64,000 nucleotides of DNA from an uncultured Acidobacteriota bacterium (GCA_963847655.1 CAWKAS010000003.1:75350-139349); one strand, 5' to 3'. Positions 9,454 through 22,491 are shown, counted from the stretch's first letter. The notes: generated from the letters alone by a model not told the origin. Numbers and translations are program-made.

Positions 9454-10224
9454 ATGACTTCGACTCACTGGCGCTTCGGCGCCCTGGCGCTCACCCTGGG
9501 CCTCGTCGTCCTGCTCCTCCCCGCCGCCCCCGCGGCGGGCGGAGAAGACCCGCCGCCCGGCTTCACCTCCCTCTTCAACGGGAAGGACCTCTCCGGCTGG
9601 AAGGTCCCGGAGGGCGACGGCGGCCACTGGAAGATCGTCGACGGCGTCATCGACTACGACGCCGAGAGCGAGGCCGCGGGCGACAAGAGCCTGTACTCGG
9701 AGAAGGAGTTCGGCGACTACGTCCTGCTCGCCGACTGGCGCATCAAGGACACTCCCTGGGTCAACCCCCATGTCAAGATCGTCCTGCCCAGCGGCGACAA
9801 CAAGAAGGGGCCCGACGGGAAGGAGATCGACATCGCGGTGCCCGACTCCGACTCCGGCATCTACATGCGCGGCGTGCCCAAGGCGCAGGTGAACATCTGG
9901 TGCTGGCCGGTGGGCTCGGGCGAGGTCTACGGCTACCGCACGGACCAGGAGCAGCCGCCCGCAGTGCGGGCCGGTGTCGTCCCCACGACCCTCGCCGACA
10001 AGAACATCGGAGAGTGGAACACCTTCGAGATCACGATGAAGGGCGACCGCCTCACCGTCGTCCTCAACGGCGTCCAGGTGATCCACGACGCCCAGCTGCC
10101 CGGCATCCCCGACCGCGGGCCGATCGGGCTCCAGCACCACGGGAACAAGGGCGACGACGGGAGGTGGCAGAGCCCCCCCGCCCTCGTCCAGTTCAAGAAC
10201 ATCTTCATCAAGGAACTGAAGTAG
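9454..10224 (+). CDS. Secreted DUF1080 (3-keto-disaccharide hydrolase family) protein
   Basis: AAGGAGG at 9441-9447 precedes the ATG. Signal peptide MTSTHWRFGALALTLGLVVLLLPAAPAAG. FTSLFNGKDLSGWK, WNTFEI...LNG and the terminal VQFKNIFIKEL are typical of PF06439. Confidence 0.88.
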   Translation: MTSTHWRFGALALTLGLVVLLLPAAPAAGGEDPPPGFTSLFNGKDLSGWKVPEGDGGHWKIVDGVIDYDAESEAAGDKSLYSEKEFGDYVLLADWRIKDTPWVNPHVKIVLPSGDNKKGPDGKEIDIAVPDSDSGIYMRGVPKAQVNIWCWPVGSGEVYGYRTDQEQPPAVRAGVVPTTLADKNIGEWNTFEITMKGDRLTVVLNGVQVIHDAQLPGIPDRGPIGLQHHGNKGDDGRWQSPPALVQFKNIFIKELK

Positions 10225-10703
10225 GGCCCGCAGCCGGGTAGCCGACCGTAGCCGACCGCACAAAGCCCCCCAGGCGAACCGCCAGTCGCGTCGCCAGCGA
10301 GCAGAAATGTCGAGGCTGCGGCGGCCGGGTCCCGGCGAGGACCCTGCTGCCCCTTCGAAGCTCACGGGCCCGCAGCCGGGTGGCCGACCGCAGCCGATCG
10401 CACAGAGGCTCCATAGGGTCTAGACCCCCAGCCGCGTTCCAGCGAGCAGAAACGCCGAGGCGGCGGCGGCCGGGTCCCGGCGAGGACCCTGCTGCCCCTT
10501 CGAAGCTCACGGGCCCGCAGCCGGGTGGCCGACCGCAGCCGATCGCACAGAGGCTCCATAGGGTCTAGACCCCCAGCCGCGTTGCCAGCGAGCAGAAACG
10601 CCGAGGCTGCGGCGGCCGGGTCCCGGCGAGGACCCTGCTGCCCCTTCGAAGCTCACGGGCCCGCAGCCGGGTGGCCGACCACAGCCGATCGCACAGAGGC
10701 TCC
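10223..10703. repeat. Tandem array of a roughly 145-bp GC-rich, palindrome-rich intergenic repeat (3 full units plus a 47-bp partial unit)
   Basis: Units start at 10223, 10366, 10511 and 10657, giving periods of 143, 145 and 146 bp. Units 2 and 3 differ by one substitution and one indel. The array fills the whole convergent gap between stops at 10224 and 10712. Each unit carries GGGCCC, CGATCG, GGGTCTAGACCC, GCCGGG-T-CCCGGC and CTTCGAAG. Confidence 0.9.
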
Positions 10704-10711
10704 CGGAGAGC

Positions 10712-11005
10712 CTACGGACACGCCTGCGCGACGCGATCGACCTGGGCCTTCAGGGCCTCGAGGGTCTCGTGGGTCGCCGGTGCGTCCACGACCTTGCGGG
10801 CCTCTTCGATCCGCTGGTACGCCTCGGGGATGAGGGGCTTCGCCGCCGCGCAGTCCGTGGAGTTGCGGATCACCTGGTTCACCGCGCCCGAGGCCTTGCT
10901 GACGGCCTCGGCGTCGTGGCCGACCTTCTCGACCGCCTCCTTGCGGGGGTCCCGGCAACCACCCAGCGCCACCCCCAGCAGCAACGCCACCACCAGTCCT
11001 CGCAT
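10712..11005 (-). CDS. Small lipoprotein, unknown function
   Basis: MRGLVVALLLGVALGGC-RDP has a lipobox. The mature part of about 80 aa is helical-looking with Cys residues near both ends. It is the only coding-like part of track ORF 10712..12925. Confidence 0.6.
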   Translation of the reverse strand: MRGLVVALLLGVALGGCRDPRKEAVEKVGHDAEAVSKASGAVNQVIRNSTDCAAAKPLIPEAYQRIEEARKVVDAPATHETLEALKAQVDRVAQACP

Positions 11006-11082
11006 CGCGCCACCTCCTCGGCACATGTGATCGGCCGCACAAGAGGATAGCGCAGCCGGGAACGAGCACACGGCCCCACCGC

Positions 11083-11088
11083 TATAAT
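11083..11088 (+). promoter_or_regulatory. Candidate sigma-70 -10 box (perfect TATAAT) for the kinase operon
   Basis: gcTATAATcg ends 20 nt upstream of the GTG at 11108 and is followed by gaaggga as a ribosome-binding site. The -35 region (gaacga with a 17-nt spacer) is weak. Confidence 0.35.
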
Positions 11089-11107
11089 CGCGGCGAAGGG
11101 AGCGCCC

Positions 11108-12472
11108 GTGGCCGGGAAGGTCAGCCTCGTCGTGACTGCCGGTCCCATTCGCGGTCAGAGGTTCGACTTCGCCGAGCACGACACCTTCCTCTTCGGCCGC
11201 TCGCCGGACTGCCACGCCCGCCTCGCCGCGGACGACGCTGCCGCCTCTCGTCACCACTTCCTCCTCGAGGTGAATCCGCCCCAGGCCCGCCTCCGGGACC
11301 TGGGAAGCCTGAACGGGACCCACGTCAACGGCGTTCGCCACGGGGGCCGCAGACCCGACGAGGCGCCCGAGGATGCCGCCGGGCGAAGCGGCGCGGAGGT
11401 CGAGCTGCGGGATGGCGACGAGATCCGCGTGGGCGCCACGCACCTGAAGGTGACCATCGAGGGCCCGGCCACCTGCTCGGGCTGCGGCCGCCCCATCGGT
11501 GACGACGAGCGAGAGCGCTGCGAGTGGGTGGGCGGCACCTGGCTCTGCGAGGCCTGTCGCCGGGGGACGGTGACGCGGGGCCCCGCTCCCACTGGACGAC
11601 CCGGGCCCACCCTGCCCGCCTCCGCCGGCCTGTCCGCGGACGACCTCGCGCCCGGGACGCGGGTCGGGGACTACGAGGTCGAGGAGCTCCTCGGGCGCGG
11701 GGGCATGGGGGCCGTGTACCTCGGCCGCGCACGCGCCGACGGCCGCCAGATCGCCCTCAAGCTCATGCTGCCCCAGACCCAGGTGGACGAGGCCGCCCAG
11801 GAGATCTTCCTGCGGGAGATCGAGGTGACCCGGGCCTTGCGCCACCCGAACATCGTCGCCCTCCTCGACTTCGGGAAGCACGACGGCCGCTTCTACTTCG
11901 CGCTCGAGTACTGCCCCGGCGGCAACGCCGACGAGCTCCTGCAACGCAAGGGGACCCCGCTGGGCCTGCCCGCCGCCTTGCGCCTGGCCTCGGGGGCGCT
12001 CGAGGGCCTGGCCGCCGCCCACGCCGCCGGCTTCGTGCACCGGGACATCAAGCCCGACAACCTGCTCCTGGCCGAGGACGGCTCGGCGAAGCTGGCCGAT
12101 TTCGGCCTGGCAAAGAGCTTCCAGCAGGCGGGCCTGTCCGGCATGACCGCCACCGGCGCGGTGGCCGGCACCTTCTTCTTCATGCCCCGCGAGCAGCTGA
12201 CGAACTTCCGCCAGGTCAAGCCGGTGAGCGACGTCTGGAGCATGGCGGCGACGCTCTACTACCTTCTCACCGGCGAGTACGCGCGCGACTTCGGATCGGA
12301 GGCGGATCCGCTGGCAGTGATATTGCGCGGAGGCGTCGTGCCGATCCGGGACCGGGACCCCTTCCTCCCCGACGATCTGGCCGCGGTCATCGACCGGGCG
12401 CTGATGGATGAGCCCGACCGCCGCTACCCCACTGCCGGCGAGTTCGTGGCCGCCCTCCGGGGCGTGCTCTGA
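11108..12472 (+). CDS. FHA domain - zinc ribbon - Ser/Thr protein kinase
   Basis: The N-terminal FHA reads GRSPDCHARL...SRHHF...DLGSLNGTHVNG. It is followed by CSGC...CEAC, then kinase motifs GRGGMGAVY, IALK, HRDIKPDNLL and DFGLAK. Confidence 0.9.
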   Translation: MAGKVSLVVTAGPIRGQRFDFAEHDTFLFGRSPDCHARLAADDAAASRHHFLLEVNPPQARLRDLGSLNGTHVNGVRHGGRRPDEAPEDAAGRSGAEVELRDGDEIRVGATHLKVTIEGPATCSGCGRPIGDDERERCEWVGGTWLCEACRRGTVTRGPAPTGRPGPTLPASAGLSADDLAPGTRVGDYEVEELLGRGGMGAVYLGRARADGRQIALKLMLPQTQVDEAAQEIFLREIEVTRALRHPNIVALLDFGKHDGRFYFALEYCPGGNADELLQRKGTPLGLPAALRLASGALEGLAAAHAAGFVHRDIKPDNLLLAEDGSAKLADFGLAKSFQQAGLSGMTATGAVAGTFFFMPREQLTNFRQVKPVSDVWSMAATLYYLLTGEYARDFGSEADPLAVILRGGVVPIRDRDPFLPDDLAAVIDRALMDEPDRRYPTAGEFVAALRGVL

Positions 12473-12494
12473 TGCGCCGACCCGGAGAGCGGGG

Positions 12495-15400
12495 ATGACG
12501 CGGACAGCCTTCCTCAGCGTCGCCTGCCCCGGCTGTGGGGCGAGGTCCGACCGTGTCCCGTTGCACCTGGCCGGCAGGACGATCCGTTGCGGCAAGTGCG
12601 GGACACAGTTCGCGGCCCCGGACCTCTCCCCGAACCCCGAGCCGGAGCCCGAGGCCGCGACGGTCAGGGAGACCCCAGCCGCTCCCCTCCCGGCGGGCGG
12701 GAGTCCCGCCCCGACCGTGCTCGAAGAGGAGAAGCCGGCGGCCACGGTCCTGGAGACCGACGCCCCCGCCCCGACCGTACCCGAGACCGCGGCGGTGCAG
12801 CCGACGCAGGCCGAGCCCGGGGCGCTCCGCCCTACCGCCCGCGAAGAAGCCCTCCCCCAGGGTGCGCGGGGCGCGCCCGGCGCGCGCCCCACCGGTGTCG
12901 ACTGGAAGCCGGGCGAGATCGTCATGGGGCTCTACGAGGTCCTCGGCGTGCTCGGCCAGGGCGGCATGGGCCGCGTGTACCGGGTGCGACACCGCGGCTG
13001 GGGCCTCGACCTCGCGGTGAAGGCCCCACTGCCCCAGGTGCTCGAGGCCGCCGGCGGGGCCGACCTCTTCGAGCAGGAAGCGGAGACCTGGGTCAACCTC
13101 GGCCTGCACCCCCACGTCGTCACCTGCCACTACGTCCGGCGCGCGTTCGACCAGCCCCTCGTCTTCGCCGAGCTGGTGGACGGGGGAAGCCTCCTCGCCG
13201 CCATCCGCGAGCGCCGCCTGAATTCCACGGAGGCGATGGTCGACGTCGCGCTGCAGGCGGCCTGGGGCCTGCACTACGCTCACGAGCAGGGTCTCGTCCA
13301 TCGTGACGTCAAGCCCGCCAACGTGCTCCTCTCCGCGGACGGCACGGCGAAGGTGACGGACTTCGGCCTCGCCCGCCGGCGCCGTACCGGGGCCGAGGGG
13401 CCCCGCCTCGGGGCGGGGGCGAAAGGCGGCCACACCATGACCGTGGAGGGCGGAGGGGGCGGCACCCCGGCCTACCTGTCGCCGGAGCAGGCCGGCGGCG
13501 GGCCCCTCACGCGCCGGGCGGACCTGTGGAGCTTCGCCCTCTCGGTGCTCGAGATGTTCGTGGGCGGGCGCACGTGGGAGCATGGTCTCGCCGCCCCCGA
13601 GGTGCTCGAGGAGTACCGCCGCGGGGGGCTCGCTCCCGCGGGGCTGCCGTCGATGCCCGAGCCCCTGATCGAGCTTCTCTCCCGGTGCTTCCGTGAGCGT
13701 CCCGAGGACCGCCCCCGTGATCTCTCCGAGGTGGCCACGGTCCTGAAGACCACGTGGGAGCAGGGCACGGGCCGCCCCTACCCCCGCCGGGAGGCGAAGG
13801 GAGGGCGAGGCTCCGCGGACGGGATGAACAACCGCGCCGTGTCTCTCGTCGACCTCGGGCGAGTGGCGGAAGCAGGGACGCTCTGGCGGCGCACCCTCGA
13901 GGCCGAGCCCCAGCACGTCGAGGCCACGTACAACGCCGGTCTGGCCGCGTGGGCGACGGGACGCCTGGCCGACACCGAGCTCCTGAGACGGATGGATGCG
14001 GCATGTCTCTCGCACCCCTCGGCCCGCGCCCATCAGCTTCGGGGGCGCGCCCGCCTCCTGATCGGCGCCCGGAAGGAGGCCCGGGACGACTTCGCGAGGG
14101 CGGAGGAGCTGGGCGGCAGAGCCTCCGACCTGGCTCGCGACCGCGACGCCGCCGCCGCTCCCCCAGTCGCGCCCCAGATGACACTGCGGGGGCTGCGCGG
14201 CTCGGTCGGCGCCCTCACCCTGACCGCCGACGGCCTGACGGTGATTGCCGCCCACGATCGCGAAGCCCGGGTGTGGGACACCCGGGGCGGCGCGCTCCTC
14301 AAGACACTCGCTGTGCCAGAGGGCGCGATCCAGGCCCTGGCCGTCCTGCCGGACGGACGTTTTCTCGTCGTGGCCGCCCAGAACGCGGCCCTCACCCTCT
14401 GGGACCTCGTCTCCGGGCAACCCGCCCGGGCCTGGGCACGCCACACCGGCTTCGCCACCAGTCTGGGTCTCGTTCCCGGGGGCCGCCTCGTCGTCTCCGG
14501 CGGATCCGACCGCGTCGTCCGCCTCTGGGACCCGACGACCGGCCGTTGCGTCCGGGAGATGCACGGGCACGACGACGCGGTCACGGCCGTCGCCTCGGGT
14601 CCCTCGCGTCTCGCCTCGGCCAGCCGCGACGGCACCGTCCGCCTCTGGGCTGTCGAGGACGGAGGGTCCCTCGGCGTCCTGCGCGGCCACGAAGGACGGG
14701 TCAACGCGGTCGCCCTGAGCGAGGAGGACGCGCGCGTGGTCTCGGCCGGGGAGGACCGGACCCTGCGCGACTGGGGTCTGAACTCCCGGGAGCTCGTCAG
14801 GACCTACGTCTCCCACGCCGGGGCCGTCCACGCCCTCGCCCTCTCGCCAGGGGGCGAGAGGGCGCTCTCCGGCTCCGCCGATCGCACCCTGCGGGTGTGG
14901 GACCAGGATGGCGAGCGCCTCGTGGGCTGGCAGCAGCTCGACGCCGCCGTCCACGCCCTCGCCCTCTCGCCGGAGGGAGCGGTGTGGGCGGCGCACGGAA
15001 GCGCGGTCAGCCGCCTCGAGCCCGCGGCGTTGCGGCGGCCGCCCCTCGCGCTGTGTCGCCCGTCCTCGGCCATCGAGGTGGAAACCCGGGCCGAGTCCTT
15101 CGAAGAACGCATCGAAGAGGCACGGCGGACCTTGACCACCGGCGACCTTTCGCGCGCCGTCGAGCTCGTGCGCGCCGCGCGTCAGATCCCCGGCCACGAG
15201 CGCTCGGCTACGGCGCTCGCGCTGTGGGACGAGCTGTGCGCCCGGCTCCCACGCCACGCTCTCCAGTCGGCCTGGGAGGAGAGACGGCTCTCGGGACACG
15301 AGGCCGCACCGCTGGCGGTGGTCACCTCGCCCGACGGGGAGCGGGCCCTCAGCGCCAGCCTCGACGCCACCCTGCGCCTGTGGGATCTGGAGTCCGGGCA

Positions 15401-17261
15401 GGCCCTCTCCGTGTTGTCGGGTCACGAGGGCGCGGCGACGAGCGTGGCCTTCCTCGCCGCGGGGGCGCGCGCCGTCTCCGGAGGGCGAGACCGCACCGTG
15501 CGCCTCTGGGACCTCACCGAGGCACGCCTGCTCCGCGCCCTCGACGGCCACGGCGAGACCGTCTCCGCCGTCGACGCCTCGCCGGACGGCACCCGGGTCG
15601 CGAGCGCCAGCTGGGACGGAACCGTCAGGGTCTGGGACCTCAGGAGGGGCGTCGACGCGCGAGTGCTCGAGGGTCACGGCGCCCAGGTCACCTCCGTTCG
15701 TTTCTCGGCGGACGGCGCCGCGGTGGCCTCGGGGGGGTGGGATGGCACGGTCCGGATCTGGGAGGCCACCGGGGGAGAGGCGGTGTGCGTTCTGGGGGGG
15801 CACGAAGGCAACGTCACCGCGGTGGCTCTCCACCCCACCGGTCGATCGGTGGCCTCGGGCGCGGAGGACGGCACCGTGCGGCTGTGGGACCCGAAGGCTC
15901 GTCGGGTGATGCGCACGCTCCGGGGGCACGAGGGAGAGGTCTCCCGCCTGGCATTCACCCCCGACGGTCGGTTCCTCGTGTCCTCGGGGCGGGACCAGAC
16001 CGTCCGCCTGTGGGATCTGCGCCGGGGTGCGGGGGCCCGTGCGCTCACCTTTCCAGAGGCCGTCCACGGCATCGCGGTCAGCCCCCTCGGTAACCGGCTT
16101 CTCGCCGCCGTCGCCGACGAGGCCGTGCACGTGTGGCACCTCGACTGGGAGCCGGAGGCGACGACCGCCGCGGACTGGGAGGAGACCGCCCGACCGTTCC
16201 TCGAGACCTACGTGAGCCGGCGGATCAGCGCCCACCCCGGCGCGACCCAGAGGATGACCTTGAGCGACGCGGACGTCGACGGGCTGCTGGCCGACCTGCA
16301 CCGGCGCGGCTTCGGCGGCCTCACCCGCGAGACCATCCGACCCCGGCTCGAGATGCTCGCGGCGAGGGGGGAGGACGTCCCGTCGTACTGGGAGACGCTC
16401 CGTCGCCATGCCCCGGCGGCGGCCCGCGCCGTGCCGAAGGCCGCAGGGGCGGTGCGGCGCTTCCCCTGGGTCCGTCTCGCCGTCGGTGCCGTCCTGGTCG
16501 GGGCCTTCGCCATCGGGGTCAGGTCATGGTGGAGGCCGAAGGCCCGGGTGGCCCTGTCTCCCTACCTGGAGGAGGCGGTGCCCGCCGAGGTGGATCTGAT
16601 CGACCTCGGCGCCTTCCAGGACGACTGCCGCACCGACGCCTACTCCGTCCACCTCGACCGCGTGCTGTCGGGCAACCCGGAGGCTCGGGACGTGGCCTGT
16701 CTCGCGGTGCTCGCCCGCGCGCAGACCGTCTCCGAGGTCCTCGACCGGGCGCCCCTCGACGACACCGACCCCGTCGTGGCGTTGCGCCTGAGACGCAATG
16801 CCGCCTCCGCCCTCTCCGGCGTCCCGCCCCCCGCCCTCGAGGCGCTGTGCCTGCGGCTGGCCGACCCCAGCCGACGGGTCCGTGGGATCGTGGGAACCGC
16901 CCTCGCCGGCCGGGGCGACGACGGGGCGGCGGCCTGTGTCCGGAGCACCCTCACCGGGGGGAGCTCTCTCGCCCGAGGCGCCGCGATCCTTCCCTTCCGC
17001 CACCACCTTGCCCGGGGCGTGATCGGTGTCGACGAAGGGTGGACCCTCGTGCGGGGTCTCCTGCGGGACCCCGACCCCGCGGTGCGGATCGCCGGCCTCG
17101 AGGCCCTGCCCATGTACACGGCGAGGGTCTCCGAGCCCCTGGCCCGGACCCTCCTGGAAGATCCGGACCCCGCGGTGGCCGAGGCCGCCGGCCGCGCCCT
17201 CGGGATCATCAGCAACGTCCATCGCACCGACCTGCTGCGCGGCAACGTCAAGCTCGAGTAG
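12495..17261 (+). CDS. Giant multidomain Ser/Thr kinase: zinc ribbon - PT/E-rich linker - kinase - TPR-like - about 14 WD40 repeats - TM helix - HEAT repeats
   Basis: CPGCG...CGKCG ribbon. Kinase motifs GQGGMGRVY, AVK, HRDVKPANVL, DFGLAR and SPEQ. Repeated ...GH.G.V..VA.S.DG....SGS.D.T.R.WD... units. A hydrophobic helix FPWVRLAVGAVLVGAFAIGV. C-terminal DPDPAVR-type HEAT/PBS-lyase repeats. It starts 22 nt after the previous kinase gene. Confidence 0.9.
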   Translation: MTRTAFLSVACPGCGARSDRVPLHLAGRTIRCGKCGTQFAAPDLSPNPEPEPEAATVRETPAAPLPAGGSPAPTVLEEEKPAATVLETDAPAPTVPETAAVQPTQAEPGALRPTAREEALPQGARGAPGARPTGVDWKPGEIVMGLYEVLGVLGQGGMGRVYRVRHRGWGLDLAVKAPLPQVLEAAGGADLFEQEAETWVNLGLHPHVVTCHYVRRAFDQPLVFAELVDGGSLLAAIRERRLNSTEAMVDVALQAAWGLHYAHEQGLVHRDVKPANVLLSADGTAKVTDFGLARRRRTGAEGPRLGAGAKGGHTMTVEGGGGGTPAYLSPEQAGGGPLTRRADLWSFALSVLEMFVGGRTWEHGLAAPEVLEEYRRGGLAPAGLPSMPEPLIELLSRCFRERPEDRPRDLSEVATVLKTTWEQGTGRPYPRREAKGGRGSADGMNNRAVSLVDLGRVAEAGTLWRRTLEAEPQHVEATYNAGLAAWATGRLADTELLRRMDAACLSHPSARAHQLRGRARLLIGARKEARDDFARAEELGGRASDLARDRDAAAAPPVAPQMTLRGLRGSVGALTLTADGLTVIAAHDREARVWDTRGGALLKTLAVPEGAIQALAVLPDGRFLVVAAQNAALTLWDLVSGQPARAWARHTGFATSLGLVPGGRLVVSGGSDRVVRLWDPTTGRCVREMHGHDDAVTAVASGPSRLASASRDGTVRLWAVEDGGSLGVLRGHEGRVNAVALSEEDARVVSAGEDRTLRDWGLNSRELVRTYVSHAGAVHALALSPGGERALSGSADRTLRVWDQDGERLVGWQQLDAAVHALALSPEGAVWAAHGSAVSRLEPAALRRPPLALCRPSSAIEVETRAESFEERIEEARRTLTTGDLSRAVELVRAARQIPGHERSATALALWDELCARLPRHALQSAWEERRLSGHEAAPLAVVTSPDGERALSASLDATLRLWDLESGQALSVLSGHEGAATSVAFLAAGARAVSGGRDRTVRLWDLTEARLLRALDGHGETVSAVDASPDGTRVASASWDGTVRVWDLRRGVDARVLEGHGAQVTSVRFSADGAAVASGGWDGTVRIWEATGGEAVCVLGGHEGNVTAVALHPTGRSVASGAEDGTVRLWDPKARRVMRTLRGHEGEVSRLAFTPDGRFLVSSGRDQTVRLWDLRRGAGARALTFPEAVHGIAVSPLGNRLLAAVADEAVHVWHLDWEPEATTAADWEETARPFLETYVSRRISAHPGATQRMTLSDADVDGLLADLHRRGFGGLTRETIRPRLEMLAARGEDVPSYWETLRRHAPAAARAVPKAAGAVRRFPWVRLAVGAVLVGAFAIGVRSWWRPKARVALSPYLEEAVPAEVDLIDLGAFQDDCRTDAYSVHLDRVLSGNPEARDVACLAVLARAQTVSEVLDRAPLDDTDPVVALRLRRNAASALSGVPPPALEALCLRLADPSRRVRGIVGTALAGRGDDGAAACVRSTLTGGSSLARGAAILPFRHHLARGVIGVDEGWTLVRGLLRDPDPAVRIAGLEALPMYTARVSEPLARTLLEDPDPAVAEAAGRALGIISNVHRTDLLRGNVKLE

Positions 17262-17287
17262 GCGGCGCTGAGCCGAACGCCTCTTGA

Positions 17288-21184
<3,897 letters not shown>

Positions 21185-21238
21185 CGAATCCCCGCCCGCC
21201 GACCCGATTCACACCGTGAGAAGTAGAATGGGGCCGCG

Positions 21239-22432
21239 ATGACCACCCCTGCAGCGCCCCCCCCGATCCCCCGCGTCCCCTCGATCGACGCGTTCCGCGG
21301 CCTCGTGATGTTCCTGATGCTCGCCGAGGTGATGCGCCTGTGGACGCTCCACGACGCGTTCCCCTCGAGCGGCTTCTGGGCACTCGTCGCCTACAACACC
21401 ACCCACGTGCCGTGGCAGGGGTGCTCGCTCCACGACCTCATCCAGCCCGCCTTCTCGTTCCTGGCGGGAGCGTCGCTCCCCTTCTCGATCGCGAGCCGGA
21501 AGCTGAAGGGGCAGACGTTCGGGCAGATGCTGGGCCACGCGGTCCGCCGGAGCCTCATCCTCATCTTCCTCGGGATCTTCCTGCGTTCGATGCACAGCCC
21601 CCGCACGAACTGGACGTTCGAGGACACGCTGACCCAGATCGGCCTCGGCTACACCTTCCTCTTCCTCGTCGCGTTCGCGTCGCGGCGTCTCCAGGTGGGC
21701 GTCTTCGTCGCCATTCTCGTTGGCTTCTGGGCGGCGTTCGTCCTCTACCCGCTGCCCCCCGCCACCTTCGACTACCCCAGAGTAGGCGTCCCCGCGGACT
21801 GGCCCCACCTCTACTCGGGCTTCCTCGCCCACTTCAACATGAACTCGAACGTCTCGTGGGCCTTCGACACCTGGTTCCTCAACCTCTTCCCCCGCCAGTC
21901 GCCGTTCCTCTTCAACGGAGGGGGATGGTCTACGCTGAGCTTCGTTCCCACCCTCGCCACGATGATGCTGGGCATGTGGGCGGGGGCGTGGCTCAAGACC
22001 TCTCGCCCCCCCGCGGAAAAGCTCAAGGGGCTCGTGGCGTCCGGCGTCGCCCTCACCCTCGCCGGCCTCGTCCTCCAGTGGCTCCACGTCTGCCCGATCG
22101 TGAAGCGCATCTGGACCTCGTCCTACACCCTCTACAGCGGCGGGCTCATCCTGCTCATTCTCGCGGGCTTCTACGCGGCGATGGATCTGCGGGGCTGGAA
22201 GCGCTGGGCCTTCCCCCTCATCGTCATCGGCGCCAACTCGATCGCGATCTACGTGATGAGCTGGACGATGGAGCGCTTCGTGGCGGAGAGCCTCTCCATC
22301 CACCTCGGGACGGCCCCCTTTCTGCTGCTCGGGCCCCCCTTCGAGCCCGTGCTCCACGGGATCGGCGTCCTGCTCGTCTTCTGGTGGATCCTCCTCTGGA
22401 TGTACCGGAAGAAGATCTTCATCAAGATCTGA
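21239..22432 (+). CDS. Membrane acyltransferase-like protein (DUF5009/DUF1624, heparan-alpha-glucosaminide N-acetyltransferase-like)
   Basis: RVPSIDAFRGLVMFLM is the N-terminal signature, followed by about 10-11 TM segments. A TAGAAT hexamer lies 9 nt upstream of the ATG. Confidence 0.75.
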   Translation: MTTPAAPPPIPRVPSIDAFRGLVMFLMLAEVMRLWTLHDAFPSSGFWALVAYNTTHVPWQGCSLHDLIQPAFSFLAGASLPFSIASRKLKGQTFGQMLGHAVRRSLILIFLGIFLRSMHSPRTNWTFEDTLTQIGLGYTFLFLVAFASRRLQVGVFVAILVGFWAAFVLYPLPPATFDYPRVGVPADWPHLYSGFLAHFNMNSNVSWAFDTWFLNLFPRQSPFLFNGGGWSTLSFVPTLATMMLGMWAGAWLKTSRPPAEKLKGLVASGVALTLAGLVLQWLHVCPIVKRIWTSSYTLYSGGLILLILAGFYAAMDLRGWKRWAFPLIVIGANSIAIYVMSWTMERFVAESLSIHLGTAPFLLLGPPFEPVLHGIGVLLVFWWILLWMYRKKIFIKI

Positions 22433-22491
22433 TCCCCACGGCGCCTTCTTCGGGATCGTCGACGGACCGTGGCCGGACGGCACCGACGGGG

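Noticed and set aside
10223-10703. Possibility that the tandem repeat is a CRISPR array.
   Set aside because: The units are directly contiguous, with a period of about 145 bp and no unique spacers. No cas genes are present in the window.
10208-10833. Small ORFs inside the 145-bp repeat array: 10208..10510, 10362..10559, 10380..10568 and 10525..10833.
   Set aside because: Their near-identical peptides simply mirror the DNA repeat. The composition is R/P/G-rich, there is no plausible ribosome-binding site, and the frames are not preserved between units because of a 1-nt indel.
12387-16409. Very long antisense ORFs opposite well-supported genes. Examples are 12387..16409 (1340 aa), 17543..21076 (1177 aa), 53289..56339 (1016 aa), 32886..34907, 6032..7699, 7833..10241, 35035..37929 and 45698..47707.
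   Set aside because: These are typical shadow ORFs of a very GC-rich genome. The translations are R/G/P/A/E-rich low-complexity strings without any recognisable motif. The opposite strand encodes proteins with clear family signatures and the expected G/C third-position bias.
21224-21241. Leaderless transcript for the DUF5009 gene, suggested by TAGAAT only 9 nt upstream of the ATG.
   Set aside because: A single -10-like hexamer without a convincing -35 or TG extension is weak evidence. It cannot be judged without transcription-start data.
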